Counted from the stretch's first letter, positions 18,358 to 27,368 are shown. The stretch: DNA of 32,000 nucleotides from Paracoccus suum (GCF_003324675.1 NZ_CP030918.1:870001-902000); one strand, 5' to 3'. Numbers and translations: made by a program. Notes: generated from the letters alone by a model not told the origin.

Positions 18358-19266
18358 ATGCGCGGACTTGCACTCTCTGGTTTGATGGCTGCCGCACTGG
18401 CGGCGTTCACCCCGCTTTCCGCCGGCGCGGCCGATGTCACCGTCGCCACCGCGCAGGGCGAGGCGTCCGTGCCGCAGAACCCGGCCAAGGTCGCGGTGTT
18501 CGATCTGTCGGCCGCCGACACGCTGCTGGCGCTGGGCGTGCAGCCTGCCGGCCTGCCGGACAAGGTCTATCTGAAGCGTTTCGATGACGCCGCGGGCGCT
18601 GCCACCAAAATTGGCACGCTGTTCGAGCCGAACCTCGAGGCGCTGGCCGGCCTCGGCCCGGACCTCGCGATCGTCGGCGGCCGATCGGCCACGCAGCGTG
18701 AGGCGGTGGCCAAACTTGCGCCGACCATCGACATGACTATCGGCACCGACGTGCTGGCGGATGCCCGCGCGCGCCTCGACGCCTACGGCAAGGTCTTCGG
18801 CAAGGAGGCCGATGCGGCCGCCCTCGCCAAGACCCTCGACGAGAAACTGGCCGGGTTGAAGGATGCCGGGGCCGGCAAGGGCACCGCCCTCTTCGTCATG
18901 ACCAATGGCAACAAGATGGCAGCGTATGGACCGGGCTCGCGCTTTGGCTGGCTGCATGACGTGACGGGCCTCGCGCCCGCGGCGACCGGCCTCGACCCCG
19001 CGGCCGGCCACGGCGATGCCATCAGCCACGAATTCATCGCCCAGACCGATCCCGACTGGCTGCTGGTCATGGACCGCTCGGCCGCCGTGGGCGAGGAAGG
19101 GCCGTCGGCCGAAGCGACGCTGAAGACCCCGCTGGTCGAGGGCACCAAGGCGTGGAAGGCCGGGCACGTGGTTTATCTGCCCTCGGGTGATCTTTACCTG
19201 TCGCCCGGCGGCTATACCGCGCTGACCGGGATCCTCGACAGCCTGACGGCCGCGCTGAAAGGGTGA
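18358..19266 (+). CDS. Siderophore/iron-chelate ABC transporter substrate-binding protein (FatB/CeuE-like, class III PBP)
   Basis: 302 aa from the ATG at 18358. Signal peptide MRGLALSGLMAAALAAFTPLSAGA/AD. Followed by two FecCD permeases and an ATPase. Confidence 0.85.
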   Translation: MRGLALSGLMAAALAAFTPLSAGAADVTVATAQGEASVPQNPAKVAVFDLSAADTLLALGVQPAGLPDKVYLKRFDDAAGAATKIGTLFEPNLEALAGLGPDLAIVGGRSATQREAVAKLAPTIDMTIGTDVLADARARLDAYGKVFGKEADAAALAKTLDEKLAGLKDAGAGKGTALFVMTNGNKMAAYGPGSRFGWLHDVTGLAPAATGLDPAAGHGDAISHEFIAQTDPDWLLVMDRSAAVGEEGPSAEATLKTPLVEGTKAWKAGHVVYLPSGDLYLSPGGYTALTGILDSLTAALKG

Positions 19267-20222
19267 GACAGCGCCTGCTGATCACAGGATCGGCACTGCT
19301 GGCCACGCTGATGCTGGCCAGCCTGATGGTCGGCGCGGCGCGGATCGATCCGCTCGCCGCCGGCCGTGATCCGCGCGCGGCGCTGGTGCTGATGGAATCG
19401 CGCCTGCCGCGCACGCTGGCCGTGGTGCTGACCGGTGCGGCGCTGTCGGTCGCGGGGGTCATCATGCAGGCGCTGGTGCGCAACCGCTTTGTCGGCCCGG
19501 ACACGGTCGGCACCTCGGAAAGCGCCGCGCTGGGGCTGCTCGGCGTGACGCTGATCGCGCCGGGCGCCGCAGTCTGGGTCAAGATGCTGGCAGCCAGCCT
19601 TGCCGCGATGGCGGGCACCGCGCTCTTCGTCGCCGTCATCCGACGCCTGCCCCCGCGCGAGATCATGCTGGTGCCCATCGTGGGGCTGGTGCTCTCGGGG
19701 GTGATCGGCTCGCTGGTGCTGTTCGTCGCCTGGCAGTTCGACCTCGTCCAACTGGTCAGCGCTTGGCTGTTCGTGGGCGAGTTCTCGGGCGTCGTCGCCG
19801 GCCGCTACGAGCTTCTGTGGATCGCGGGCGCGGCGGCGCTGCTGGCGTGGTTCGCCGCCGACCGCTTTGCCATTCTGGCGCTTGGCGATCAGGTCGCTGC
19901 CGGCCTTGGGCTGCGGGCCGAGGCGGTGATGCGGCTTGGCCTGCTGGTCGTCGCCCTTTGCTCGGCCATGGTGGTCAGCACCGTCGGCATGATCCCGTTC
20001 GTCGGGCTGGTCGTGCCGAACATCGTTGCGCGGCTGATGGGAGACAACCTCCGCGCCTCGCTGCCTGTGGTCGCGATCTCGGGCGCGGCCCTGGTGCTGG
20101 CCTGCGATCTGTTCGGGCGCCTGGTCCGCTATCCGCACGAAATTCCGGCCGGCAGTATCCTGGGCGTGGTCGGCGCGGCAGTGTTCCTGACGCTGCTGTG
20201 GCGCGTTCCCGCCCGTGGCTGA
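19263..20222 (+). CDS. Iron-chelate ABC transporter permease (FecCD family)
   Basis: 319-aa polytopic protein. GTG start overlaps the SBP stop (GTGA). Typical FecCD motifs (RLPRTLAVVLTGAALSVAG, IPFVGLVVPNI). Confidence 0.88.
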   Translation: MRQRLLITGSALLATLMLASLMVGAARIDPLAAGRDPRAALVLMESRLPRTLAVVLTGAALSVAGVIMQALVRNRFVGPDTVGTSESAALGLLGVTLIAPGAAVWVKMLAASLAAMAGTALFVAVIRRLPPREIMLVPIVGLVLSGVIGSLVLFVAWQFDLVQLVSAWLFVGEFSGVVAGRYELLWIAGAAALLAWFAADRFAILALGDQVAAGLGLRAEAVMRLGLLVVALCSAMVVSTVGMIPFVGLVVPNIVARLMGDNLRASLPVVAISGAALVLACDLFGRLVRYPHEIPAGSILGVVGAAVFLTLLWRVPARG

Positions 20223-21183
20223 CGCCTTGCGCCCTTCTCGCGTCCCGGCACTCGCCGCGCTCGCCGCGCTGCTGCTTCTGGCCTGCGGGTTCTGGCTGTT
20301 TCAGGGCCTCGGCAGCGGCAATCGCAGCTTCATCCTTCAGCTGCGTGCAACCAAACTGGCGGCGCTGTTGACGGTGTCGGTGTCGATCGGCGTTGCGACG
20401 GTGCTGTTCCAGACGGTCGCCGCCAACCGCGTCCTGACCCCTTCGATCATGGGATTCGACGCCCTCTACGTCCTGATGCAGACGCTGCTGGTCGGCGCGC
20501 TGGGCATAGCCGGCTTTGCCAACCTGCCGCCCGCGGCCAAGTTCGCGGCCGAGATTTTGGCCATGGCCGGTCTTGCCACATTGCTGTTCAGCACCCTCTT
20601 GGGACGCGGCGCGCAAGACATCCCCCGCACAATCCTGACCGGCGTCATCCTCGGCGTCCTGTTTCGCACCCTGTCCCAGTTCGCCGCCCGGGTCATGGAC
20701 CCGAACGAGTTCGCCGTGGTCCAGTCCATAAGCTATGCCAGCTTCGGTCGGGTGCAGGCCGGGCTGCTGCCCTATGCCACCGGCCTTGCAGCGCTGGCGG
20801 TGGCGGGCGCCATGTGGCTCGCCCCGCGGCTTGACGTGATGGCCCTCGGGCGCGAGTCCGCGGTCTCGCTCGGCCTGCCGTTCAACCGGATGGTGATGGG
20901 GACGCTGGCACTGGTCGCGGTTCTGGTCGCGGTCTCGACCGCGCTGGTCGGGCCGGTACCGTTCTTTGGCCTCATCGTTGCCGGCCTCGCCCATGCGCTG
21001 ACCGGCAGCGCCCGCCACGCGCGGCTGCTGCCGGCGGCGGGGCTGATTGCGGCCATCATCCTCGTCACCGGCCAGATGCTGTTCGAGCGCGTGCTGGGTC
21101 AGGCCACGACCCTGTCAGTGGTGGTCGAGTTCGCCGGCGGCCTCTTCTTCCTGTTCCTGCTGCTGAAAGGGCGGATCCGATGA
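20215..21183 (+). CDS. Iron-chelate ABC transporter permease (FecCD family, second subunit)
   Basis: 322-aa polytopic paralogue of the preceding gene (VPFFGLIVAGLAH). The GTG start at 20215 overlaps the upstream gene by 8 nt; the exact start is uncertain. Confidence 0.85.
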   Translation: MADALRPSRVPALAALAALLLLACGFWLFQGLGSGNRSFILQLRATKLAALLTVSVSIGVATVLFQTVAANRVLTPSIMGFDALYVLMQTLLVGALGIAGFANLPPAAKFAAEILAMAGLATLLFSTLLGRGAQDIPRTILTGVILGVLFRTLSQFAARVMDPNEFAVVQSISYASFGRVQAGLLPYATGLAALAVAGAMWLAPRLDVMALGRESAVSLGLPFNRMVMGTLALVAVLVAVSTALVGPVPFFGLIVAGLAHALTGSARHARLLPAAGLIAAIILVTGQMLFERVLGQATTLSVVVEFAGGLFFLFLLLKGRIR

Positions 21184-22049
21184 TCCAGATCGAGGGCCTC
21201 AGCCACAGGATCGGCACCGCGCCGATCCTGACGGACATCACCGCCGATCTTCCCCGCGGCAAGCTGACCGCACTGATCGGCCCGAACGGGGCGGGCAAAT
21301 CCACCCTGTTGCGGCTGATCGGGCGGCTGCTGCCGCTGCAGGCCGGGCGCATCACGGTCGAGGGACGGGACGTCGCCCGCACCCCCGGCGAGGTGCTGGC
21401 GCTGACCATGGCGATCCTCGGCCAGCAGACGGTGATCGCCAGCCGCCTGCGCCTGCGCGAGTTGGTCGCCTTTGGCCGTTGGCCGCATCACCACGGCCGC
21501 CCCCGCCCCGCCGATCACGCCGCGGTCGAGGCGGCACTGGCAGCCTTCGACCTGCTGCCGCTGGCCGACCGCTTTCTGGACGAGTTGTCGGGCGGACAGG
21601 GGCAGCGCGGCTATCTGGCGATGACCTTTGCCCAGGGCAGTCCGTGGATGCTGCTGGACGAGCCCCTGAACAACCTCGACATGGGCCATGCCCGTGCCCT
21701 GATGGCGCGACTCGCGCAGATCGTGCGGACCGAGGGGCGCAGCGTCGTGATGGTGGTCCACGAGGTGAACTACGCTGCCGCATGGGCCGATCATGTCATC
21801 GCGATGAAGGGCGGGCGCCTGATCGCACAGGGGCCTCCGGAAACAGTCCTGACCGAGACGCTGCTATCCCAGCTCTACGACACGCCGATCGAGGTCAGCC
21901 GCCACGACGGCCGGCCCCTGGTGCTGCACCACCACCTGCATCATGCGCTCGGCGTCGAGCCGGAACTGCCGGGAATCGCGCCGGGTGGACTGCGGCCGCA
22001 AGCCTCTGATTTGGAGACAGAACGTGCCGCGAGCGACACGGCATGCTAA
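21180..22049 (+). CDS. Iron-chelate ABC transporter ATP-binding protein, with an unusual C-terminal extension
   Basis: 289 aa. Motifs: Walker A GPNGAGKST, signature LSGGQGQR, Walker B MLLDEP. ATGA overlap with the permease. About 35-40 residues extend past the usual family C-terminus. Confidence 0.9.
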   Translation: MIQIEGLSHRIGTAPILTDITADLPRGKLTALIGPNGAGKSTLLRLIGRLLPLQAGRITVEGRDVARTPGEVLALTMAILGQQTVIASRLRLRELVAFGRWPHHHGRPRPADHAAVEAALAAFDLLPLADRFLDELSGGQGQRGYLAMTFAQGSPWMLLDEPLNNLDMGHARALMARLAQIVRTEGRSVVMVVHEVNYAAAWADHVIAMKGGRLIAQGPPETVLTETLLSQLYDTPIEVSRHDGRPLVLHHHLHHALGVEPELPGIAPGGLRPQASDLETERAASDTAC

Positions 22050-22085
22050 TACCTGACAAAAATAATTATAATACCTGACAAAAAT
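22047..22085 (+). repeat. Two perfect 17-bp direct repeats, TAATACCTGACAAAAAT, separated by AATTA
   Basis: 22047-22063 and 22069-22085 are identical 17/17, and the flanking bases differ. The period is 22 bp. The junction forms the palindrome ATAATTAT (22062-22069). Confidence 0.95.
22067..22072 (+). promoter_or_regulatory. Consensus -10 hexamer TATAAT, candidate promoter of the TonB-dependent receptor gene
   Basis: A perfect TATAAT inside an AT island in a GC-rich genome, 81 nt upstream of the receptor ATG. There is no good -35 at 17-bp spacing. Confidence 0.5.
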
Positions 22086-22152
22086 GCTTTCCTTTTCCCC
22101 CGCTCCGCCGCATTGGGTCTTCAACCTTTTGAAACCCTTGCCCGGAGGCCCC

Positions 22153-24213
22153 ATGACCCGACCCACTATCCATCCCCGCGTCCTGCTCGCAGGCGCCTCT
22201 GGCCTCGCGCTGACGGCGGTGCTGACCGCCGGCACGGCGCTTGCTCAGGACCTCGCCCCTGCCCCGCTCGCGGGCGCCTCAAGCACCCTGGTTCTCGACC
22301 CCATAACCCTGATCGCCGGCGGCGACGAAAAGGTCGTAGCCACCGGCGGCGTCGCCCTGTCCGAGGAGGATCTGGCCATCCTGCAGCCGGCCGATGTCTC
22401 CGAGCTGTTCGCTCGCAATTCGGCGGTCAGCGTCTCGGGCGGCGTCGGACCGGCCAAGCGCATCCATGTTCTTGGCCTCGAGCAGTCGAACCTGAACGTC
22501 ACCGTCGACGGCGTGCCCCAGCCAGTCACTGGCTGGCACCATACCGGCTCGACCACCATCGACCCGGCCTTCCTGAAATCGGTTGAGGTCGAGGCCGGCG
22601 CCGCCGCCGCCGACAGCGGCTTCGGCGCGGCCGCCGGCGCGGTCCGTTACGAGACCGTCAGCGCCGACGACCTGCTGCAGGATGGCCGAGACATCGGCGG
22701 GCGCGCAGGCCTCAGCTACGGCAGCAACGGTCGCGGCCTGCGCGCCAGCCTTGCCAGCTTTGGCAAGCGCGGCGGCTTTGACTGGCTGGCGATGGTGAAC
22801 GGCGCGCATGGCGACGACTACGAATCCGGCAATGGCCGCACCATCCCCGGCTCCGCCCCCGGCAACCTGGGCGGCATCTTCAAGCTGGGCTACGAGTTCG
22901 AGGCGCATCGGGTCGAGCTGGACTACCAGCACACCGAGGACGAAGGCGATCGTTCGATCAAGATGAACATGGACCTGGCCGGGATCGGGACGGACGGGCT
23001 GCCGATCTATGACGATAGCGTCTATCCGCTGAAGATCACCAATGACAGGCTGCGCCTGAAATACACGACCACCGCCCCCACGGCAGCCTGGGATCCCACT
23101 GCGGAATTCTATGTCAGCCGCAACCGTTACGAGCGCCCTAATTATCTGGTCGGCGGCTACAACGGCGACATGAATGCCGAGGTCAAGACCGTCGGGGGCG
23201 TCCTGAAGAACCGGTACGAGATTGGCCCCGGCAGCATCACGGCTGGCGTCGACTTCCGCTATAACGACTACTGGCTCGACAACTACGGCGATACCGACCG
23301 GCGCTACTGGACGCTGGAGACGATGCAGGTCGGCGCCTTTGCGCAGGGCCGGTTCGAATTCGATAACGGCGTGGACGTCTCGGCCGGGGCGCGGCTGGAT
23401 CACCAGAGCTTTACCGACTGGGACGGCCGCCGCCTGTCAGGCAGTGGCGCCAGCGTGAACGGCACGATTTCGTACGAGTTCAGCGAGGGCTACGAGGTCT
23501 TTGCCGGCGCCTCGCGCACCTGGCTGGGACACGAGGTCGGCGAGTTTGGCCTGCTGCACGCGCGCGACGCCAGCTTTGCGACCGCCCCGGATTTCGAGGC
23601 CTCGACCGCGACCAACGCAAAACTTGGCCTTAACGCCAGCCGCGGCAACTGGACCGGCAACCTGACCCTGTTCGACACGCGCCTGAAAAACCCGGCCGTC
23701 TATAACGCCGACCGCGCGGTCTATCGGCTGGAGAACGGACCCGAGGTCCGCTCGCGCGGGGTGACGTTGCAGGGCAATTACGACTGGGGCACCGGCCGGG
23801 TCGGCGGCAGCTTCACCAAGGCGAAGCTGACCGAGGATGGCGAGCGTGCGCTGCCGCAAGGCGGGACCGCCGTACCGATCGGCTCGCTGGCGACGCTGTT
23901 CGTGGACCAGGAGTTGCCGGCGCATAACGTCAAGCTGGGCGCGTCGCTGGAATGGGCTGGCGAGCTGTCGGGCGAGTACCTGCGCAAGGAGCTTTTCAAG
24001 GACGATCCCGGCTATACCGTGCTGAACGTCTATGCCGACTGGCGCCCCGAGGCGATGAGGAACACGGTCGTCAGCCTGCGCATCGATAATCTGACCGACA
24101 GGGCCTATTACGAGCGCAGCAGCTATCAGCAGCGCATCCGCGGCACCCGTGCGGTCGAGCCGCTCTACGCGCCGGGCCGGACAATCACGCTCGGGGTGAA
24201 TTACGACTTCTGA
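22153..24213 (+). CDS. TonB-dependent outer-membrane receptor (siderophore-type)
   Basis: 686 aa from the ATG at 22153, with GGAGG 4 nt upstream. Signal peptide ...LTAGTALA/QD, TonB-box-like LDPITLIAG, plug then beta-barrel, terminal aromatic residue (...GVNYDF). The ATG at 22084 gives a non-signal-like N-terminus and is rejected. Confidence 0.9.
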   Translation: MTRPTIHPRVLLAGASGLALTAVLTAGTALAQDLAPAPLAGASSTLVLDPITLIAGGDEKVVATGGVALSEEDLAILQPADVSELFARNSAVSVSGGVGPAKRIHVLGLEQSNLNVTVDGVPQPVTGWHHTGSTTIDPAFLKSVEVEAGAAAADSGFGAAAGAVRYETVSADDLLQDGRDIGGRAGLSYGSNGRGLRASLASFGKRGGFDWLAMVNGAHGDDYESGNGRTIPGSAPGNLGGIFKLGYEFEAHRVELDYQHTEDEGDRSIKMNMDLAGIGTDGLPIYDDSVYPLKITNDRLRLKYTTTAPTAAWDPTAEFYVSRNRYERPNYLVGGYNGDMNAEVKTVGGVLKNRYEIGPGSITAGVDFRYNDYWLDNYGDTDRRYWTLETMQVGAFAQGRFEFDNGVDVSAGARLDHQSFTDWDGRRLSGSGASVNGTISYEFSEGYEVFAGASRTWLGHEVGEFGLLHARDASFATAPDFEASTATNAKLGLNASRGNWTGNLTLFDTRLKNPAVYNADRAVYRLENGPEVRSRGVTLQGNYDWGTGRVGGSFTKAKLTEDGERALPQGGTAVPIGSLATLFVDQELPAHNVKLGASLEWAGELSGEYLRKELFKDDPGYTVLNVYADWRPEAMRNTVVSLRIDNLTDRAYYERSSYQQRIRGTRAVEPLYAPGRTITLGVNYDF

Positions 24214-24231
24214 TCCGGCCGACGAAGCCAG

Positions 24232-24256
24232 ACGGCGGCGTTCGCGCCGCCGTTTG
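24232..24256 (+). terminator. Hairpin terminator candidate after the TonB-dependent receptor gene
   Basis: ACGGCGGCG (24232-24240) pairs with CGCCGCCGT (24245-24253) around a TTCG tetraloop, followed by a short TTT. It lies 19 nt after the stop codon. Confidence 0.5.
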
Positions 24257-24351
24257 CGTGGCGCGCCTGCCGTCCAAGGGCAAATGCCCCCGAGAAGGGC
24301 GCGCCGCGCCGAGGATGAAACGAACGCTCGAACCTTAGCTTCCGAACGCGC

Positions 24352-25145
24352 CTAGAACGCGTTGCGCTCGCGATAGCTGGACAGGAAGCTGCCGATGCGG
24401 CGGTCGGTGGTGCGCTGGAAGATGTCGGTGGGCGTGCCCGACGCGACCAGTTCGCCCTTTTCCATGAACGCCACCTGGTCGGCGACATGGGCGGCAAAGC
24501 CCATCTCGTGCGTGACGACGACCATGGTCATGCCCTCGGCGGCGAGGCTTTTCATGACCGTCAGCACCTCGCCCACGAGCTCCGGGTCGAGCGCGCTGGT
24601 CGGCTCGTCGAACAGCATGATGCGGGGCTGCATGGCAATGGCGCGGGCGATGGCGACGCGCTGCTGCTGCCCCCCGACAACCGGCCGGGGTGGTTGGCGG
24701 TCTTGTCACCAAGTCCGACCTTGACCAGCGCCTCCTGCGCGCGGGCCTCTGCCTCGCGGCGGGGCAGGCGCTTTACGCGCTCCAGGCCCTCGGCGACGTT
24801 CTGCAGCGCGGTCATGTGCGGCCACAGGTTGAACTGCTGAAACACCATGCCGATGTCGCGGCGCATGGCGCGCAGATCGCCCGCCCGCATGCGCCGCCCG
24901 CCGGGGCTGTCATAGCCGATCAGCCGGCCGTCGATGCGGACCTCGCCGCTGTCATATTCCTCGAGGAAGTTCATGCAGCGCAGCAGGGTCGACTTGCCGC
25001 TGCCGGAGGGCCCGATCAGGCAGCTGACCTTGCCCGGCGGAATCTGCAGCGAGACGTCCTTCAGCGCCTGGAACGGGCCATAGAACTTGGACACGCGGAT
25101 CAGGTCTGCCGAGGCGGCGGCGACGGGAGAAAGGGTCACGGACAC
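24352..25145 (-). pseudogene. Polar amino-acid ABC transporter ATP-binding protein (GlnQ/HisP-like) split by a 1-nt frameshift
   Basis: The N-terminal ORF 24561-25145 (Walker A GPSGSGKST) reads ...GRLSGG then runs out of frame. The C-terminal ORF 24352-24633 starts mid-domain ([18 protein letters not shown]). Shifting one base at the C6 run 24670-24675 restores [27 protein letters not shown]. Confidence 0.85.
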
Positions 25146-25148
25146 GGC

Positions 25149-25808
25149 TTAACGCTCCAGCAGGTAGTGGGTGGCGCGACGTTCCAGCCAGCGGCCAAGG
25201 CGCGAGATGACCTCGACAAACACCCAGAAGAACAGGGCCAGGACCAGCGTCGTCTCGACGAAGGCAAAGGTCTCGGCCATCATCTTGCCGGTGGCGAACA
25301 TGATTTCCGGAACGGTGATCATCGACAGGATCACGGTCTCCTTCGTCAGGATGATCGAAAAGTTGACCAGGGCGGGCAGGGCGCTGACCAGCATCGCCGG
25401 CACCTCGACGCGGCGCAGGATGACGCCGGGGGCAAAGCCCATGGCGCGCGCCGCCTCGATCTGGCCGGACGGCACGGCCTGGAAGCCGGCGCGAAAGATC
25501 TCGGCGAAATAGGCGCTGCCATAGAGGGTCAGGCCAAGGATGCCGGCCGGCAGCGCATCGAGGCGCAGCCCGACCATCGGGCCGCCGTAGTAAAGGACGA
25601 ACAGCTGCACCAGAAACGGCGTGCCGCGGATGAACTCGATATAGGCGGTCAGGACCCAACCAAGCGCACGCGGCGCGCGGCGACGCACAAGGGCGATGAC
25701 AAAGCCCAGCGCCATGCCCAGGACCGTGCCGGCGATCCAGCAGGCGATGGTCATCGCGATGCCCTGCGCCAGGGCCGGGCCGAAGCGGACGAAGAGCCCC
25801 CAGTCCAT
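25149..25808 (-). CDS. Polar amino-acid ABC transporter permease (HisM/GlnP-like)
   Basis: 219 aa from the ATG at 25808 (MDWGLFVRFGPALAQG...). Motifs FIRGTPFLVQL and EAA-loop GQIEAARAMGF. ATGA-type overlap with the upstream permease. Confidence 0.88.
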   Translation of the reverse strand: MDWGLFVRFGPALAQGIAMTIACWIAGTVLGMALGFVIALVRRRAPRALGWVLTAYIEFIRGTPFLVQLFVLYYGGPMVGLRLDALPAGILGLTLYGSAYFAEIFRAGFQAVPSGQIEAARAMGFAPGVILRRVEVPAMLVSALPALVNFSIILTKETVILSMITVPEIMFATGKMMAETFAFVETTLVLALFFWVFVEVISRLGRWLERRATHYLLER

Positions 25809-26455
25809 CAGTAGGCGAGCCTCCGCTCCAGCCGACGGCCACCGAAGGCGAGGGCAAGGTTGATGATCAGGTAAAGGAAAGCGGCGGTCAGGTAGATTTC
25901 CAACGGCCGGTAGGTCGCGGCGGCGATCGACTGGCTCATGCGCGTGATCTCGACGATGCCGACGACCGAGACCAGCGAGCTGGCCTTCACCAGCAGGATC
26001 AGCTCGTTGACCATGGCCGGCATGGCAATCTTCAGCGCCTGCGGCATCAGGATGCGGGCCCATATGTCGCGCGGCGACAGGCCGATGGCTATGGCAGCCT
26101 CGCGCTGGCCGCGCGGGATGGCGTTCAGCGCGCCGCGCAGGATCTCGCTGATATAGGCGGCGGCGCACAGACCGACCGTGACGACGGCGGCGACCGTGGC
26201 CGGGATGTTCAGCCCGATCAGCGGCAACATGTAGAAAAACAGCAGCAGCTGCACCAGCAACGGCACGCCGCGGAAAAAGCTGACATAGATCGCGGCCACC
26301 GTCTGCGCGACGCGCGAGCGCGAGACGGCCAAGGCGCAGATCACCGCGCCGATCACAAGCCCCAGCGCACAGCCGAGGACCGAGATCAGCAGCGTGAACC
26401 GGCCGGCCCAGGCCAGCGTCGGCAGGTTGTCGAGGATCGTCTTGAACGAGAACAT
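25808..26455 (-). CDS. Polar amino-acid ABC transporter permease (HisQ-like)
   Basis: 215 aa from the ATG at 26455 (MFSFKTILDNLP...). Motifs FFRGVPLLVQL and EAA-loop GQREAAIAIGL. Confidence 0.88.
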   Translation of the reverse strand: MFSFKTILDNLPTLAWAGRFTLLISVLGCALGLVIGAVICALAVSRSRVAQTVAAIYVSFFRGVPLLVQLLLFFYMLPLIGLNIPATVAAVVTVGLCAAAYISEILRGALNAIPRGQREAAIAIGLSPRDIWARILMPQALKIAMPAMVNELILLVKASSLVSVVGIVEITRMSQSIAAATYRPLEIYLTAAFLYLIINLALAFGGRRLERRLAY

Positions 26456-26520
26456 GCGCCGTCCGTCAGCCGCGGGGATCGGTAGGGCGGGGGCCGGCAT
26501 GCGGCCCCCGGAAAGCAGCC

Positions 26521-27333
26521 TTACAGCTTGGGCATTTCGGTCGGCAATTCGGTCTTGGCGCCGATCCACTTTTCCTGAATCTTGGCGAACCGGCCGTCGG
26601 CCTGCATCTTGGCCATGGCGTCGTTGATCGCCTTGATCAGCGTCTCGGTGCCTTCCTTGCGCGCGACAAAGCCGAAATAGGTCGGATCGCCGAACGGCGG
26701 GTTGACGGCGGCGAACACCTCGGGACGCTGCTTGACCATGTAGTTGATCAGCGGCGCCGAGGCGACCGCGGCGTCGAGGCGGCCGGCCGCGACATCGGCA
26801 TAGGCCTCGTCGGTCGAGGCATATTCCTTGATCGTGATGCCGCCGATCTTCTTGCCAAAGGCCTCAAGCTGGGCCAACTGCGCGGTGCCCTGCTGGGCGC
26901 CGACGGTCTTGCCCTTGGCGTCCTCGGGTTTGGTCAGCGCGCCGCCGGCCTTTTGCACCATCATCACGGTCGCGTCGCTGATCGGCGCGGTAAAGGCGTA
27001 ACGCTCGGCCCGCTCGGGGGTGTAGGTCACGGGGGCGGTGACAAAGTCGAACTTCTTGACTTCGAGGCCCGGCAGGATCGCGGTCCAGGGCAGGTCCTGG
27101 TATTCGGGCGTGACGCCAAGTTCCTTGGCGATCTCGTCGAACAGGTCGCGGTTGAAGCCGACATACTGCCCGTTCTCGAGGATATCGAAGGGGGCATAGT
27201 GCATCTCGGTGGCGACGGTGATCTTGCCGGCGGCCTTGATGTCGTCGAGTTGGTCGGCCAGCGCGCCGGTGACGGTCAGGCCCAGCGCGGCCAGGCCGAT
27301 CAGCGCGGATTTCAGGGTCGTATGAACGCTCAT
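26521..27333 (-). CDS. Polar amino-acid ABC transporter substrate-binding protein (family 3, probable histidine binding)
   Basis: 270 aa from the ATG at 27333. Signal peptide MSVHTTLKSALIGLAALGLTVTGALA/DQ, SBP_bac_3-like body. GGGAGAG SD. The substrate is inferred only from hut linkage. Confidence 0.82.
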   Translation of the reverse strand: MSVHTTLKSALIGLAALGLTVTGALADQLDDIKAAGKITVATEMHYAPFDILENGQYVGFNRDLFDEIAKELGVTPEYQDLPWTAILPGLEVKKFDFVTAPVTYTPERAERYAFTAPISDATVMMVQKAGGALTKPEDAKGKTVGAQQGTAQLAQLEAFGKKIGGITIKEYASTDEAYADVAAGRLDAAVASAPLINYMVKQRPEVFAAVNPPFGDPTYFGFVARKEGTETLIKAINDAMAKMQADGRFAKIQEKWIGAKTELPTEMPKL

Positions 27334-27368
27334 GGGTCTCTCCCGTTGGCGGGCGGTGTGGATGTTTT

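Noticed and set aside
22084-22152. The ATG at 22084 as the start of the TonB-dependent receptor.
   Set aside because: It would add 23 non-signal-like residues (MLSFSPAPPHWVFNLLKPLPGGP) ahead of a canonical signal peptide. The ATG at 22153 has a GGAGG SD, and 22084 lies inside the repeat and promoter element.
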